A stretch of 64,000 bases of DNA from an uncultured Chlamydiaceae bacterium (GTDB taxonomy: Bacteria; Chlamydiota; Chlamydiia; Chlamydiales; JAAKFR01): positions 1,026,191 to 1,090,190 of the forward strand of contig CALNYX010000017.1 of assembly GCA_942490925.1 (NCBI GenBank), read 5' to 3'. Positions 18,220 through 27,755 of the stretch are shown here, in pieces; the stretch's first letter is position 1, and each line of letters begins with the position of its first letter. A program made the position numbers and the translations under genes. The notes beneath the pieces are model-generated. The model was not told the DNA's origin, searched no databases, and saw only the letters and a list, made by a program, of their open reading frames with translations.

Positions 18220-19719
18220 CTATTTAGCAAAATATTGGCCATGAAGCCCTAATGGAGTGTAGTGAGGAGCCCGAGCGCGCCCTAATTCTTTAAAACTTTG
18301 ACCGTCTAATATCAGTAGAAAAGAGTCGTTATGGATGTGGTCGTGAATCACAGCTAACACAACACCTTCATCTTCTTCTTTAGCGTCAGGTGCCGCAACA
18401 AATACCGGCTCCCCTGCAGAACATCCTTTTTCACTCCACTCTAAGCTTGTTTGTGTTGTTGTATTTAGCTTACAAACTCCACCTCTTTCCAATAGATCAT
18501 TTGGATCATGATAGACTGTCAAATAAACGAAATGATAAGGAAGTCCGTCGAATTTTTCATTAATACGAGGAAATTCATTATCTTTTGAAAATAGAATTTC
18601 TGAAGTGAGAATGCCAGTATCAAGAGAGATAGAAAATCTCTCAAATAGCGTTTGATTTCCATCACCATTTATTCCACTTGCATTCACATATAAATTGTCC
18701 TTTATGATGATATTTGCATCTTTGTAGGTCACAATGTCCATGTAGATGACACCATCTTTTTCAAAAGCATTTGCATGATGAAATGCAAAAAAAGGCTTTG
18801 TTGTTTGTTCACATACGATGCTACCTGACTGTCTATCTATAACAATAAATCGGGTTCCACGTTCAGGTTGCCAGGTGAAATTTTTGATGAAAGCCTGATT
18901 CTTAAGCATCAAATCCAAGGGTTTAACAACAAGTGGGAACTCAGAAAGAATGATGTAATTTTCAGTCATTGCAAAACTATGCATATAAGCCGGCTCTTTT
19001 ATCGGAACCTCTGCAATAATTTTACGCTCTTCTGAATTGCCTTCAAGGCTATAAAGCGTGTAGTGACTCGTCTTCCCATACTTAATTAAATAATTGACTA
19101 TCCTTCCTTGATTTTGGTCGTAGTGAGGGTGAGCTGACTCCCAACATTTTTCTTTAGGCAGCTGATCTTGGTAGTCGAACACTCCCAAAGTTTCCAGCGT
19201 ATCTAGATCAAATTTTATCGGTAGTGGGACTTCAGTTAGAGCAACGAATTCACTTGCTAATTTTGTGACGTTGACATTTGCATTATGAAGTAATGTATGA
19301 GAGCTAGGAATAAATAAGGTAAAAAACCTCTTAAATAAAGATCGACAGGGATCTGAAGCAAATCCTCCGTAATTGAGAGACCCTTCATCAAAAACTGTCT
19401 TATATGCATCAGTACGCAAGAACTTATTCGTATAATATACGCTACCTTCATGGAAAGAAAATGCGTGTAACATGGCTAATCCGTCAAACTTATGCTCATT
19501 GCTCTTTCCATCAATAGTTACATTCACAGGACCATTCCTCATTAATGTCCCCGATAACCAACTAGGTATTTGCCCCACAACCTCTAAGGGGTGGTGAATA
19601 ACCTCATCTTGCACTTCAGCAACAATATCAAATTTCTTTGGCTGTTTATAAAAAATGAAAAAACAGCCTAAAACAAAAATACTAATAACTAAAAATTTAA
19701 TATATTTCACAGAACTCAC
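18220..19719 (-). CDS. carotenoid cleavage oxygenase (RPE65/CCD family) with N-terminal membrane anchor
   Basis: LMRNGP, FDGLAMLH; four Fe-binding His in SAHPHYD, YMHSF, FHHANAFE and GLHGQY; EFPRIN, GEPVFV. Confidence 0.93.
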   Translation of the reverse strand: MSSVKYIKFLVISIFVLGCFFIFYKQPKKFDIVAEVQDEVIHHPLEVVGQIPSWLSGTLMRNGPVNVTIDGKSNEHKFDGLAMLHAFSFHEGSVYYTNKFLRTDAYKTVFDEGSLNYGGFASDPCRSLFKRFFTLFIPSSHTLLHNANVNVTKLASEFVALTEVPLPIKFDLDTLETLGVFDYQDQLPKEKCWESAHPHYDQNQGRIVNYLIKYGKTSHYTLYSLEGNSEERKIIAEVPIKEPAYMHSFAMTENYIILSEFPLVVKPLDLMLKNQAFIKNFTWQPERGTRFIVIDRQSGSIVCEQTTKPFFAFHHANAFEKDGVIYMDIVTYKDANIIIKDNLYVNASGINGDGNQTLFERFSISLDTGILTSEILFSKDNEFPRINEKFDGLPYHFVYLTVYHDPNDLLERGGVCKLNTTTQTSLEWSEKGCSAGEPVFVAAPDAKEEDEGVVLAVIHDHIHNDSFLLILDGQSFKELGRARAPHYTPLGLHGQYFAK

Positions 19720-19792
19720 AAATACAAAAAAAGGAATTATACAGAAAAAAACTGCTTATTGCCAAACAATAAGAGTCCATTGATTGAACATA

Positions 19793-20806
19793 TCAAGACA
19801 TTTCTAGAAATTCGTGACCATTATCATACATCTCTCGAGGCAAATTACTTGCCATGGAAGCATAGATAGCCTCAATCACAAGCTGATTAGACAACCCTTC
19901 ATGAGCATCGATCATTGAAGTTGCTTCCCCTCTCACCAGAGCTGCAAAGTGGATAAATTCCGCTTCGTAAATGTCATTAGCCTTTAGCGGAAGAGATGTA
20001 ATAGAATCATCTTCACGAATTAAAGAGAGGCTTTCTCCTGGATCATATGTCTGTCGCAAAGATCCCACACTGACTAACCTTCCTTTTGTGCCGATAAGCT
20101 CAAAACCACTGCGAAGTGGCTGATCCATAGAACATTCAAGCGTGAAATTCGCTCCGCTTCGAAGCTTTCCTAATGCCATAGCACTACTTTCGCACTCTTC
20201 ACTATCCCCTTGGGCAAAAACGGATGCTATTTCATCACTAGTAATAAACCGAATGAGATCAACTAGATGAACACCAATATCCTGCAACGCTCCGCCACCA
20301 TAGCTTTTTTTATACCGCCAATTATCTTTTGGCACCGGCAATGTAAAATAAGCTCTGACATTTAAAAGCCCTCCTATTTCCCCATTTGCTAATAACTGTT
20401 TTGCTGTTTGAATTGCCGGTTTAAATCTTAGTGATTGCCCCACAAAAAGCTGTCCAGAGGAGTTTGAAAAAGCTGCTTGCATCCTCTGAATTGCTGCAAC
20501 CGTTGGAGCTAATGGTTTTTCACAGAGCACTGGCTTACCACTTGACGCACAAGCAATTGCGTCCTCCTCATGACAGCAATTTGGACTGGCGATAAAAATT
20601 GCTTCTACTTCAGGATGATTAATCAACTCCTCTCTTGAAGCGACAGCATAAGGAATGTGAAATTTAGCAGCGATCTCTTTTGCTTTTTCGATATTCCGAT
20701 TAAATAGACAGGTAGGTTGAATCGACTCTATTTTAGAAAGAATGGGCAAAATTCTTCTTTGAACAAAACTTCCGGCACCTAAAATCCCAATTTTAACCAT
20801 ATCCAC
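19793..20806 (-). CDS. Gfo/Idh/MocA family oxidoreductase
   Basis: IGILGAG, CEKPLA, GGGALQDIGVH. Confidence 0.92.
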   Translation of the reverse strand: MDMVKIGILGAGSFVQRRILPILSKIESIQPTCLFNRNIEKAKEIAAKFHIPYAVASREELINHPEVEAIFIASPNCCHEEDAIACASSGKPVLCEKPLAPTVAAIQRMQAAFSNSSGQLFVGQSLRFKPAIQTAKQLLANGEIGGLLNVRAYFTLPVPKDNWRYKKSYGGGALQDIGVHLVDLIRFITSDEIASVFAQGDSEECESSAMALGKLRSGANFTLECSMDQPLRSGFELIGTKGRLVSVGSLRQTYDPGESLSLIREDDSITSLPLKANDIYEAEFIHFAALVRGEATSMIDAHEGLSNQLVIEAIYASMASNLPREMYDNGHEFLEMS

Positions 20807-21804
20807 TAACTTATTTTTAAGACGCCTCGATACCGGATTTGATTGTCACGTAATTTCTGCAGGGCAACATTGACTTGATCAAGAGGGAAAATTTCAACAA
20901 GAGGCTGAATTTGAAAAAGCGCAGCGAACTCCAACATCTTGCGTATCGAAGGACGTGATCCGATATTACTCCCACAAATCATCTTACTACCAGCTACGAA
21001 ACTACTAATCTGAACTTTGAATTCATGCGTTAAAGCACCTAGGAAGCAGAGTTTTCCAAAGGGATTGAGAAGCGAAAGAGAAGACTCCCAATCAAAACCA
21101 TCTATTGAAGAGGATAAAAGCAGGTCAAATTGTTGCTCTTCTTTTGCAAGATCATCCCAGAGACAAAAATGGTGCGCACCCATTTCTAGGCACTCTTTCT
21201 TCTTCTTTGGAGAACTAGAAATCGCTGTCACTTCACAACCAAGAGCACGCGCAAATTGAAGCGCGAGATGTCCCAATCCACCAATACCGATGATTCCCAC
21301 CTTATGCCCTGGACCCATTTGAAAGCGCATCAAGGGCGTGAATACCGTTGCACCGCCGCAAAGAAGTGGAGCAGCTATTTCAGAACTTAGTCCTTTAGGA
21401 ATGACAAAGGCAAAACGTGCATCGGTACGAATATAGTGTGCATACCCCCCATATTGATCTAAGCAAGTTGCCTTTATTGAACTGCAGACCTGCTCTTCTC
21501 CAACTGAGCACCAATGGCAATCTAAACAACTCGAACACTGCCATCCTATGCCGACTCTATCCCCTTTTTTCAAGTGAGAGACACGACTACCAACTTCTTT
21601 GACAATTCCGACGATTTCATGTCCTGGGACAAGAGGGTATTTTGAAATTCCCCAATCATTGTCGATCAAGTGCACATCACTGTGGCACATTCCACAATGC
21701 GAAATTTCAATTCCGATTTCCCACTCTTTTAATTGCGCAGAAGTGTAGGAAAAGGGAGTTAATTCAGCCCCTTGTTTTTTAGCAGCAAATCCATCAATTT
21801 TCAT
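20806..21804 (-). CDS. Zn-dependent NAD(P) alcohol dehydrogenase (cinnamyl-ADH/Ahr-like)
   Basis: CGMCHSD, GHEIVG, structural Zn CLDCHWC...C, GIGGLG; likely start MKID at 21804. Confidence 0.92.
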   Translation of the reverse strand: MKIDGFAAKKQGAELTPFSYTSAQLKEWEIGIEISHCGMCHSDVHLIDNDWGISKYPLVPGHEIVGIVKEVGSRVSHLKKGDRVGIGWQCSSCLDCHWCSVGEEQVCSSIKATCLDQYGGYAHYIRTDARFAFVIPKGLSSEIAAPLLCGGATVFTPLMRFQMGPGHKVGIIGIGGLGHLALQFARALGCEVTAISSSPKKKKECLEMGAHHFCLWDDLAKEEQQFDLLLSSSIDGFDWESSLSLLNPFGKLCFLGALTHEFKVQISSFVAGSKMICGSNIGSRPSIRKMLEFAALFQIQPLVEIFPLDQVNVALQKLRDNQIRYRGVLKIS

Positions 21805-21960
21805 TCCCCAAACTGTAAAGAACCAGCTATGAAAAAACAAGCCACTAATTGACTGACAACATTAAAAAGACCACCTGCATCTAGATAGTGTCGTCATAAG
21901 ATAAAAACATGCTATTTTGGGTCTTTTAGGGAACCTCTGAAAATACCTATGGTGCATTCT

Positions 21961-23229
21961 TTAAATCAAATGAACAGTGTTTTGCTGGCGACAGAATGTC
22001 TCTCGAATTGCGAACAGAACAACAACCAAAGAAATAGCAAATGCTATTGGGATAATTAATAGCCCTTTTTCAAAAGCTAATTCTGATAACCCACCTTGAT
22101 TCTTAGCAAAATGTTGTATAACAGAGGTAACAAAGGGAGACATAATGGCAGCAAATCCCATAATCATTGTGTTATTCAATCCCAAAGCTGTAGCTTTTAG
22201 AGATTTAGGAGAGTGTTCTGAAATCAAAGCAAATGAAATGTTTTGTCCAGATCCTCCAATTCCGATTAGAAAAAAGAGAAAACAGAGATAAATTATATTT
22301 GTACTAGGTGTATATAAGAATAAAATTGAGCTAACTAAACCTACAATTGAACAGGTCGCAAGAAAAATCTTCCTTCGCTTAATCCCATCAGACAACCTGC
22401 CTAAAATAGGACTGCCTAAAGCTAGACCAACCCAAACCATTGATATAATAAAAGCTGCTGACGGCTTTGCAAAGCCTCGAGTTTCCAAATATGAAGTTCC
22501 CCAAAAAGCTCCTAGTAAAGGGAGCGCTACATAAGTAGTCGCTCCATAACAAAAGATCCACCAGACTTGAGAATAGCTAAGAAGTGACTTTAATCTTTTA
22601 CCAAGAGGAATCTTTTTATCTATAAATACAATAGCCTCATCAGCCATTGGCTTACTTCTTAAAAAGCAGGCTATGAGTACTGTAAGCACCATTCCTAAGA
22701 GAGCAGCTGCCAAAAAAATTATCCGCCAATTTCCATGAACAGCCCTCATCGCCAAAGCAATAGGTGCACCTGCAGCTAATGGTCCTAGAGCACCTAATAA
22801 TTGGCCGCATCCAATTAAAAATGCGAAATATTTCTTAGGAAACCAATTGAGCGTGACAATCATTAGGGATACAAATCCAAAAGAAGAACCCAATCCAATC
22901 ATCAACCTTCCGATAAATGCTGTGGCAAATCCATGCGAAAAACTAAACCAGAGAGTCCCAAAGGTACACAAAAACGCGGCTATTGTAATCAATACCCTTG
23001 CTGAGAACCTATCTAATAAGAGACCTACAGGAACCTGCATTAGCGAGTAGGTAAGATAATAGCCAGAACCGATAATAGCAAACTGCTCAACTCCAATATC
23101 TAAACTCTCAATGATGTTCTTTGCGACAGTTCCTGGCAAAACTCTTAGAAAAAACTCATAGAAGAAAAAAGCAATGGCAAGTAACCAAATAAAAAGGCCG
23201 TAAACTGAAAATTGCTTATCTTTACTCAA
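21961..23229 (-). CDS. MFS transporter, Pht (phagosomal transporter)-like
   Basis: FFFYEFFLRVLP and YYLTYSLMQVPVGLLLDRF pattern; likely TTG start at 23229 with GGAGA RBS, overlapping the upstream stop. Confidence 0.85.
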   Translation of the reverse strand: MSKDKQFSVYGLFIWLLAIAFFFYEFFLRVLPGTVAKNIIESLDIGVEQFAIIGSGYYLTYSLMQVPVGLLLDRFSARVLITIAAFLCTFGTLWFSFSHGFATAFIGRLMIGLGSSFGFVSLMIVTLNWFPKKYFAFLIGCGQLLGALGPLAAGAPIALAMRAVHGNWRIIFLAAALLGMVLTVLIACFLRSKPMADEAIVFIDKKIPLGKRLKSLLSYSQVWWIFCYGATTYVALPLLGAFWGTSYLETRGFAKPSAAFIISMVWVGLALGSPILGRLSDGIKRRKIFLATCSIVGLVSSILFLYTPSTNIIYLCFLFFLIGIGGSGQNISFALISEHSPKSLKATALGLNNTMIMGFAAIMSPFVTSVIQHFAKNQGGLSELAFEKGLLIIPIAFAISLVVVLFAIRETFCRQQNTVHLI

Positions 23230-24244
23230 TAAAAAAATCTCCGTTCTCTTCTCGGGACCAATCTTGAATTTCCTCAGCTGTCGTCTGCTGCATTTCTGCA
23301 ATTTGTAAAATCGGTTCTCCTTCGTTCAAAATGGGAAGATTATTTTTTGCGATAACAACTCCATCACACGGAGAGATGATTTCTTCTTTTTGTTCAGTAC
23401 CAAAGGGGTCTGAAATTCTAGCTAATCGAGTTCCTTTTTTCACAAAGCTTCCTACTCGATTGAATATTTCACAAAGGCCAGAAGAGGATGCACGTACCCA
23501 ATAATCTGATTGCAAGAAAGCTGGGTCTGGCTTTTTTGATCCTTTTACTGAGGTTGATAGCATATCCAAGCTTCTCATAACTCTCACAATTCCCTGGATA
23601 CCTATTTTAATCCCGCGTTCATCAAGCCTAAGAGCCTCTCCTGTTTCGTAGATAATCGTAGGGATTTTTTTCTCCTGGTGCAGCAGCCAGAGTAAACCAT
23701 GTGTAGATTCGGTATTTAAAATAACTGGGGCATGGAATGAGTAGGCTAGTGTTTTCGCTTCTGCTGAACTCATTAAGGTTTTGATTTGAGGAAGCTTTGT
23801 AATATGAGGCTCCCCTGTATGCAGGTCAATACAGTGTGTAATATTAGAAAAAATCTCCTTCTGCAGGTGACAGGCTAACCTTGAGGCAAAAGATCCTGAT
23901 TCAGAGCCTGGAAAACTTCCATCTAGATCTCTACGGTCAGGAAGGTTTCTAGAGAGAGTAATCATTCCATAAATATTCATAGTTGGAATAACGATCAACG
24001 TCCCTCGTATTGATTTGAGTAATTGAAGGTTCAGCAGCTTCTGAATGATCGCTACGCCGTTGATCTCATCCCCATGTATGGCACCACATACCAAAAGCAC
24101 TGGCCCTGCTTTTTTTCCATGGAGAATATGAATAGGAATATACATTGGGGCGCATGTATAAAGCTCAGGAGTTGGTAAGGCTACTGTAATTCTTTCACCT
24201 GGTTGAATTGTGATATTGCCAATTTTCAACGGCGAATTCTTCAT
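23222..24244 (-). CDS. succinylglutamate desuccinylase/aspartoacylase family (M14) hydrolase
   Basis: HGDEING, RRDLDGSFPG, IDLHTG, YETGE. Confidence 0.9.
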   Translation of the reverse strand: MKNSPLKIGNITIQPGERITVALPTPELYTCAPMYIPIHILHGKKAGPVLLVCGAIHGDEINGVAIIQKLLNLQLLKSIRGTLIVIPTMNIYGMITLSRNLPDRRDLDGSFPGSESGSFASRLACHLQKEIFSNITHCIDLHTGEPHITKLPQIKTLMSSAEAKTLAYSFHAPVILNTESTHGLLWLLHQEKKIPTIIYETGEALRLDERGIKIGIQGIVRVMRSLDMLSTSVKGSKKPDPAFLQSDYWVRASSSGLCEIFNRVGSFVKKGTRLARISDPFGTEQKEEIISPCDGVVIAKNNLPILNEGEPILQIAEMQQTTAEEIQDWSREENGDFFIE

Positions 24245-24427
24245 AAAAAGACCCTTCAGTTACATGAAACATTCTTGATATAGAAGGGATTATTTTTTAT
24301 CAACTATAATCTATATAAAACAACTGACCATAACTAACATAACTTATTTACTTCTCAGAAAATCTATTTATACAAAAGAGAGTCTTTTTCAATAATGACC
24401 CATTAAGAATGCTCTAAATAACACTAC

Positions 24428-24469
24428 GCCAGAGACAGAATCGAACTGGCGACACAAGGATTTTTAGTC
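24428..24469 (-). repeat. att-like duplicate of the tRNA-Phe 3' half
   Basis: 40/42 identity to 27998-28039, reaching through the anticodon loop. Confidence 0.9.
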
Positions 24470-24705
24470 TTGAAGCCCCTTTCACAACAGATGACCTAAA
24501 ATCACCCAATATCACAAATCTTACGAGAAAAAGTAGACTTTTGATGACGAAAGATTGTCAATTGATATCAAGTAATTTCAACCTTGAAAAATTGGTTATT
24601 CTAGATCTATTTGCTTCTAATTGAACAGACATAAAATCTATGCTATCCTTTTGGGAACTCTGTGATAAGATAATACGCACTCACTTTGTAAGGAGTCTCC
24701 AATAC

Positions 24706-26412
24706 ATGAGAAACAAAAAAGAAGCATTTGTTCAAAGATTGACAGAATTCACTCCTAAAACCTGGATTTGTCTTAAAAACAAATATACTTTTGATTTATT
24801 TAAGCATGATTTAATTGGAGGAGTAACTGTTGGGATAGTGGCTCTCCCTCTTGCAATGGCCTTTGCCATAGCATCAGGACTGTCACCTGTAAGTGGTTTA
24901 TATACAGCAATTATTGCAGGCTTCATTATTTCGCTGTTAGGAGGAAGTTATTCGCAGATAGGGGGACCAACAGGTGCCTTTGTTGTTATTATCTATAATA
25001 TAGTTCAAAATCATGGCTACTCTGGATTAGTCCTTGCCACAATTCTTGCCGGAATAATCCTTTTAGCGTTCGCATTTTTTAGGCTTGGAACCTTAATAAA
25101 ATACATTCCCTATCCCTTAGTTATTGGATTTACCTCAGGAATTGCCGTCATTATTTTCGTCTCTCAAATTAAAGATTTTTTTGGGTTAGATATCCAGAAC
25201 CTTCCTTCAGAATTTATTCCAAAATGTATTACGATTTTTTCTTCGTTTTCCTCATGGCATCCTTTAACTTTCGGGGTTGCATTAGGCACTCTTCTATTGA
25301 TAATTCTAATCCGTCGTTTTTTTCCCATTATTCCTTGGGGAATAAGTGCAATTGTTTTAGGGGGAGGACTTTCTTGGATTTTAGGATTACCTGTAGAAAC
25401 AATAGCTTCTCGGTTTGGGGAAATTCCTAGAAGCTTTCCAACTTTTTCAGTTCCGATTTTCTCAATTTCTCTGGGCACATGGTATAATCTGATTCCTGAG
25501 GCCCTAACAATTGCATTTTTAGCCGGCATAGAATCTCTTCTATCTGCAGTGGTTGCAGATGGAATGACAGGACGACGTCATAAATCTAATTGTGAACTCA
25601 TGGCCGTTGGAATTGCCAATATTGGTTCCGTGTTATTTGGCGGCATCCCTGCAACTGGAGCTATCGCTCGTACAGCAACAAGTATTAAAACAGGTTCAAA
25701 AACTCCCTTTGCTGGAATAATTCACTCTGCAACATTGCTTCTGATTTTATTTGCATTTGCACCTATTGTTAGTCAAATTCCTCTAGCATCTCTTTCTGCT
25801 GTTCTAGTAATGGTAGCTTGGAATATGAGCGAACTCCATCATTTTCGCAGCTTATTCAAAGCTCCGCCGTGTGATATAGCTATACTGCTAGTAACCTTTT
25901 TGCTTACCATTTTAGTCGATTTGACGGTTGCCGTAGAGGTTGGGATTGTGCTTTCCGCATTTTTATTTATTAAAAGGATCGGGGATGTTTCACAGATTAG
26001 CCCACTGTATTTTGCTAAAGATGAACCGATTGAAAATACAGATGTCAATCAAGAATCTATTGAACAATCGGCTATTCCCAAGGGAGTAGAAATTTATGAA
26101 ATAACGGGGCCTTTATTTTTTGGCTTAGCAGATAGTCTAAAAGATGTTCTTTCTAATATCAAATTTCCACCTAAGGTATTCATTTTGCGAATGCGTCAAG
26201 TCCCTGTAATGGATGCTACAGGGATGCATGCACTGAAGGAATTCATTAGCAAATGCAAAAGGGAAAATATCTCTCTGATTCTTTCAGGAATAAACAAGCC
26301 TGTATTGCAGACATTCAAAAAATTTAATGTCGTTGAATCAACTCAAACAACATGGATATTCTCAAATTTTGATGATGCTTTAAAAAAGGCTATTGAACTA
26401 ACACAAGCTTAG
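24706..26412 (+). CDS. SulP/SLC26 anion permease with STAS domain
   Basis: DLIGGVTVGIVALPLAMAFAIASG, GGPTGAF, ESLLSA, STAS GPLFFG...DATG; AGGAG RBS before ATG 24706. Confidence 0.93.
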   Translation: MRNKKEAFVQRLTEFTPKTWICLKNKYTFDLFKHDLIGGVTVGIVALPLAMAFAIASGLSPVSGLYTAIIAGFIISLLGGSYSQIGGPTGAFVVIIYNIVQNHGYSGLVLATILAGIILLAFAFFRLGTLIKYIPYPLVIGFTSGIAVIIFVSQIKDFFGLDIQNLPSEFIPKCITIFSSFSSWHPLTFGVALGTLLLIILIRRFFPIIPWGISAIVLGGGLSWILGLPVETIASRFGEIPRSFPTFSVPIFSISLGTWYNLIPEALTIAFLAGIESLLSAVVADGMTGRRHKSNCELMAVGIANIGSVLFGGIPATGAIARTATSIKTGSKTPFAGIIHSATLLLILFAFAPIVSQIPLASLSAVLVMVAWNMSELHHFRSLFKAPPCDIAILLVTFLLTILVDLTVAVEVGIVLSAFLFIKRIGDVSQISPLYFAKDEPIENTDVNQESIEQSAIPKGVEIYEITGPLFFGLADSLKDVLSNIKFPPKVFILRMRQVPVMDATGMHALKEFISKCKRENISLILSGINKPVLQTFKKFNVVESTQTTWIFSNFDDALKKAIELTQA

Positions 26413-26501
26413 CCGGGATGAAAAACCCTATCCGATATAGGAACCCTTAAGAAGCCTCTGAAAAATCTAAGGGCGTCGCAAAAAAGAACAAGTTTACATT
26501 C

Positions 26502-27656
26502 TTATAAAATGGGTCGACTTGGCTGTAACTCTCTCAAAAATTCCTCAATTGGCACACAGAGTACATTGGAAATTTTCTGTTTTTTATCTCCTCCATATAA
26601 GAGGAAACAAGTTGCTTCTGGATACTCTTCTTTAAAAATTTTCAGAGATTTCACATCTTTGGGTGAAGGGTTTGAGCTCCGCTTCACTTCAATTGCCCAA
26701 AATCCACGAGGGCCGTAAATAATGAAATCAACTTCTATCTTTGTTCTTGTTTGCCAAAAATATAACTGATGTTTGTCTTGCTGAGACTGAGTCCATGCTC
26801 TCAAATGTTGAGCAACTAATCCCTCAAGAGCTGGCCCTTCTATTTCAGCCTCTTTATCGAGAGGCCCTTTAGGCCTCAATTCCCTAAATACACCTGCATC
26901 AAAATAGTAGAACTTTGATCGACTTACCAACGCGCGTTTAGCCCGCCTTGTAAAAACAGGAACTGTAAAAGCTAAGAGCAAGTCTTCTAAAATTTGCAAA
27001 TAGTTATCAACTGTTTGCCGCTTAACATGCGATTCTCTGGCAATTTCTGTACTCGCCCACAATCCTCCATGAGAAAATGTTGCAACTTCCATAAAGCGTA
27101 CAAAATCCCCAACCTGTCTAACAAGACCTTCTGCTTGAACTTCTTCTTTCAGATACACAGAAATATAAGCTCGTAATTTTTCTTGCGATTCCATCGATTG
27201 CCAAATTAACGGCACTAAGCCAAATTGAAGAGCTCTTTTCAAAGAAAATTTCTCTTTTAATTCACTTCCAATAAAAGGATGCATGTGACGAAGTAGAGCT
27301 CTACCACCTAATAGATCTCCCACAGAACGTCGCAGCTTTCTAACACTACTCCCTGTAAGAATAAATTGGATGCCACTTCCTTTCTCAATTAAGACATGAA
27401 TCACAGGAATCAAATCGGGAGCACGTTGAACTTCATCAATAATGCAAACATCACCAGGATTAAGAGAGGAAATGTAGTCGATCAATCTCTCCGGCTTTGC
27501 AAGAAATTTTCTCTCTGTTTCTCGATCTAATAAGTCAATTCTAAGAGCTTTTGGGAAACTTTTAGCAAGCCATGTTGACTTGCCTGTTCCCCTAGGACCA
27601 AATAGAAAAAAACTCTCTTTTTTGGGAGGAATGATTAATCGGGGTATATAATGCAT
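26502..27656 (-). CDS. AAA_14 + DUF4143 ATP-binding protein (second paralog)
   Basis: GPRGTGKS, IIDEVQR, LTGSS, EVDFIIYG...IEVK. Confidence 0.9.
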   Translation of the reverse strand: MHYIPRLIIPPKKESFFLFGPRGTGKSTWLAKSFPKALRIDLLDRETERKFLAKPERLIDYISSLNPGDVCIIDEVQRAPDLIPVIHVLIEKGSGIQFILTGSSVRKLRRSVGDLLGGRALLRHMHPFIGSELKEKFSLKRALQFGLVPLIWQSMESQEKLRAYISVYLKEEVQAEGLVRQVGDFVRFMEVATFSHGGLWASTEIARESHVKRQTVDNYLQILEDLLLAFTVPVFTRRAKRALVSRSKFYYFDAGVFRELRPKGPLDKEAEIEGPALEGLVAQHLRAWTQSQQDKHQLYFWQTRTKIEVDFIIYGPRGFWAIEVKRSSNPSPKDVKSLKIFKEEYPEATCFLLYGGDKKQKISNVLCVPIEEFLRELQPSRPIL

Positions 27657-27682
27657 ATTGCCATCCGTTTTGGCGATTTTAA

Positions 27683-27715
27683 TTGCAATACGCCAAACCT
27701 GTTGGCATATTGCAA
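27683..27715. promoter_or_regulatory. operator-like palindrome upstream of the AAA_14 gene
   Basis: TTGCAATACGCCAA-acctg-TTGGCATATTGCAA (13/14 inverted match). Confidence 0.5.
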
Positions 27716-27755
27716 CAAAAATACCCCCTCATCCAGAAACAGAAAAGAGTAAGTG

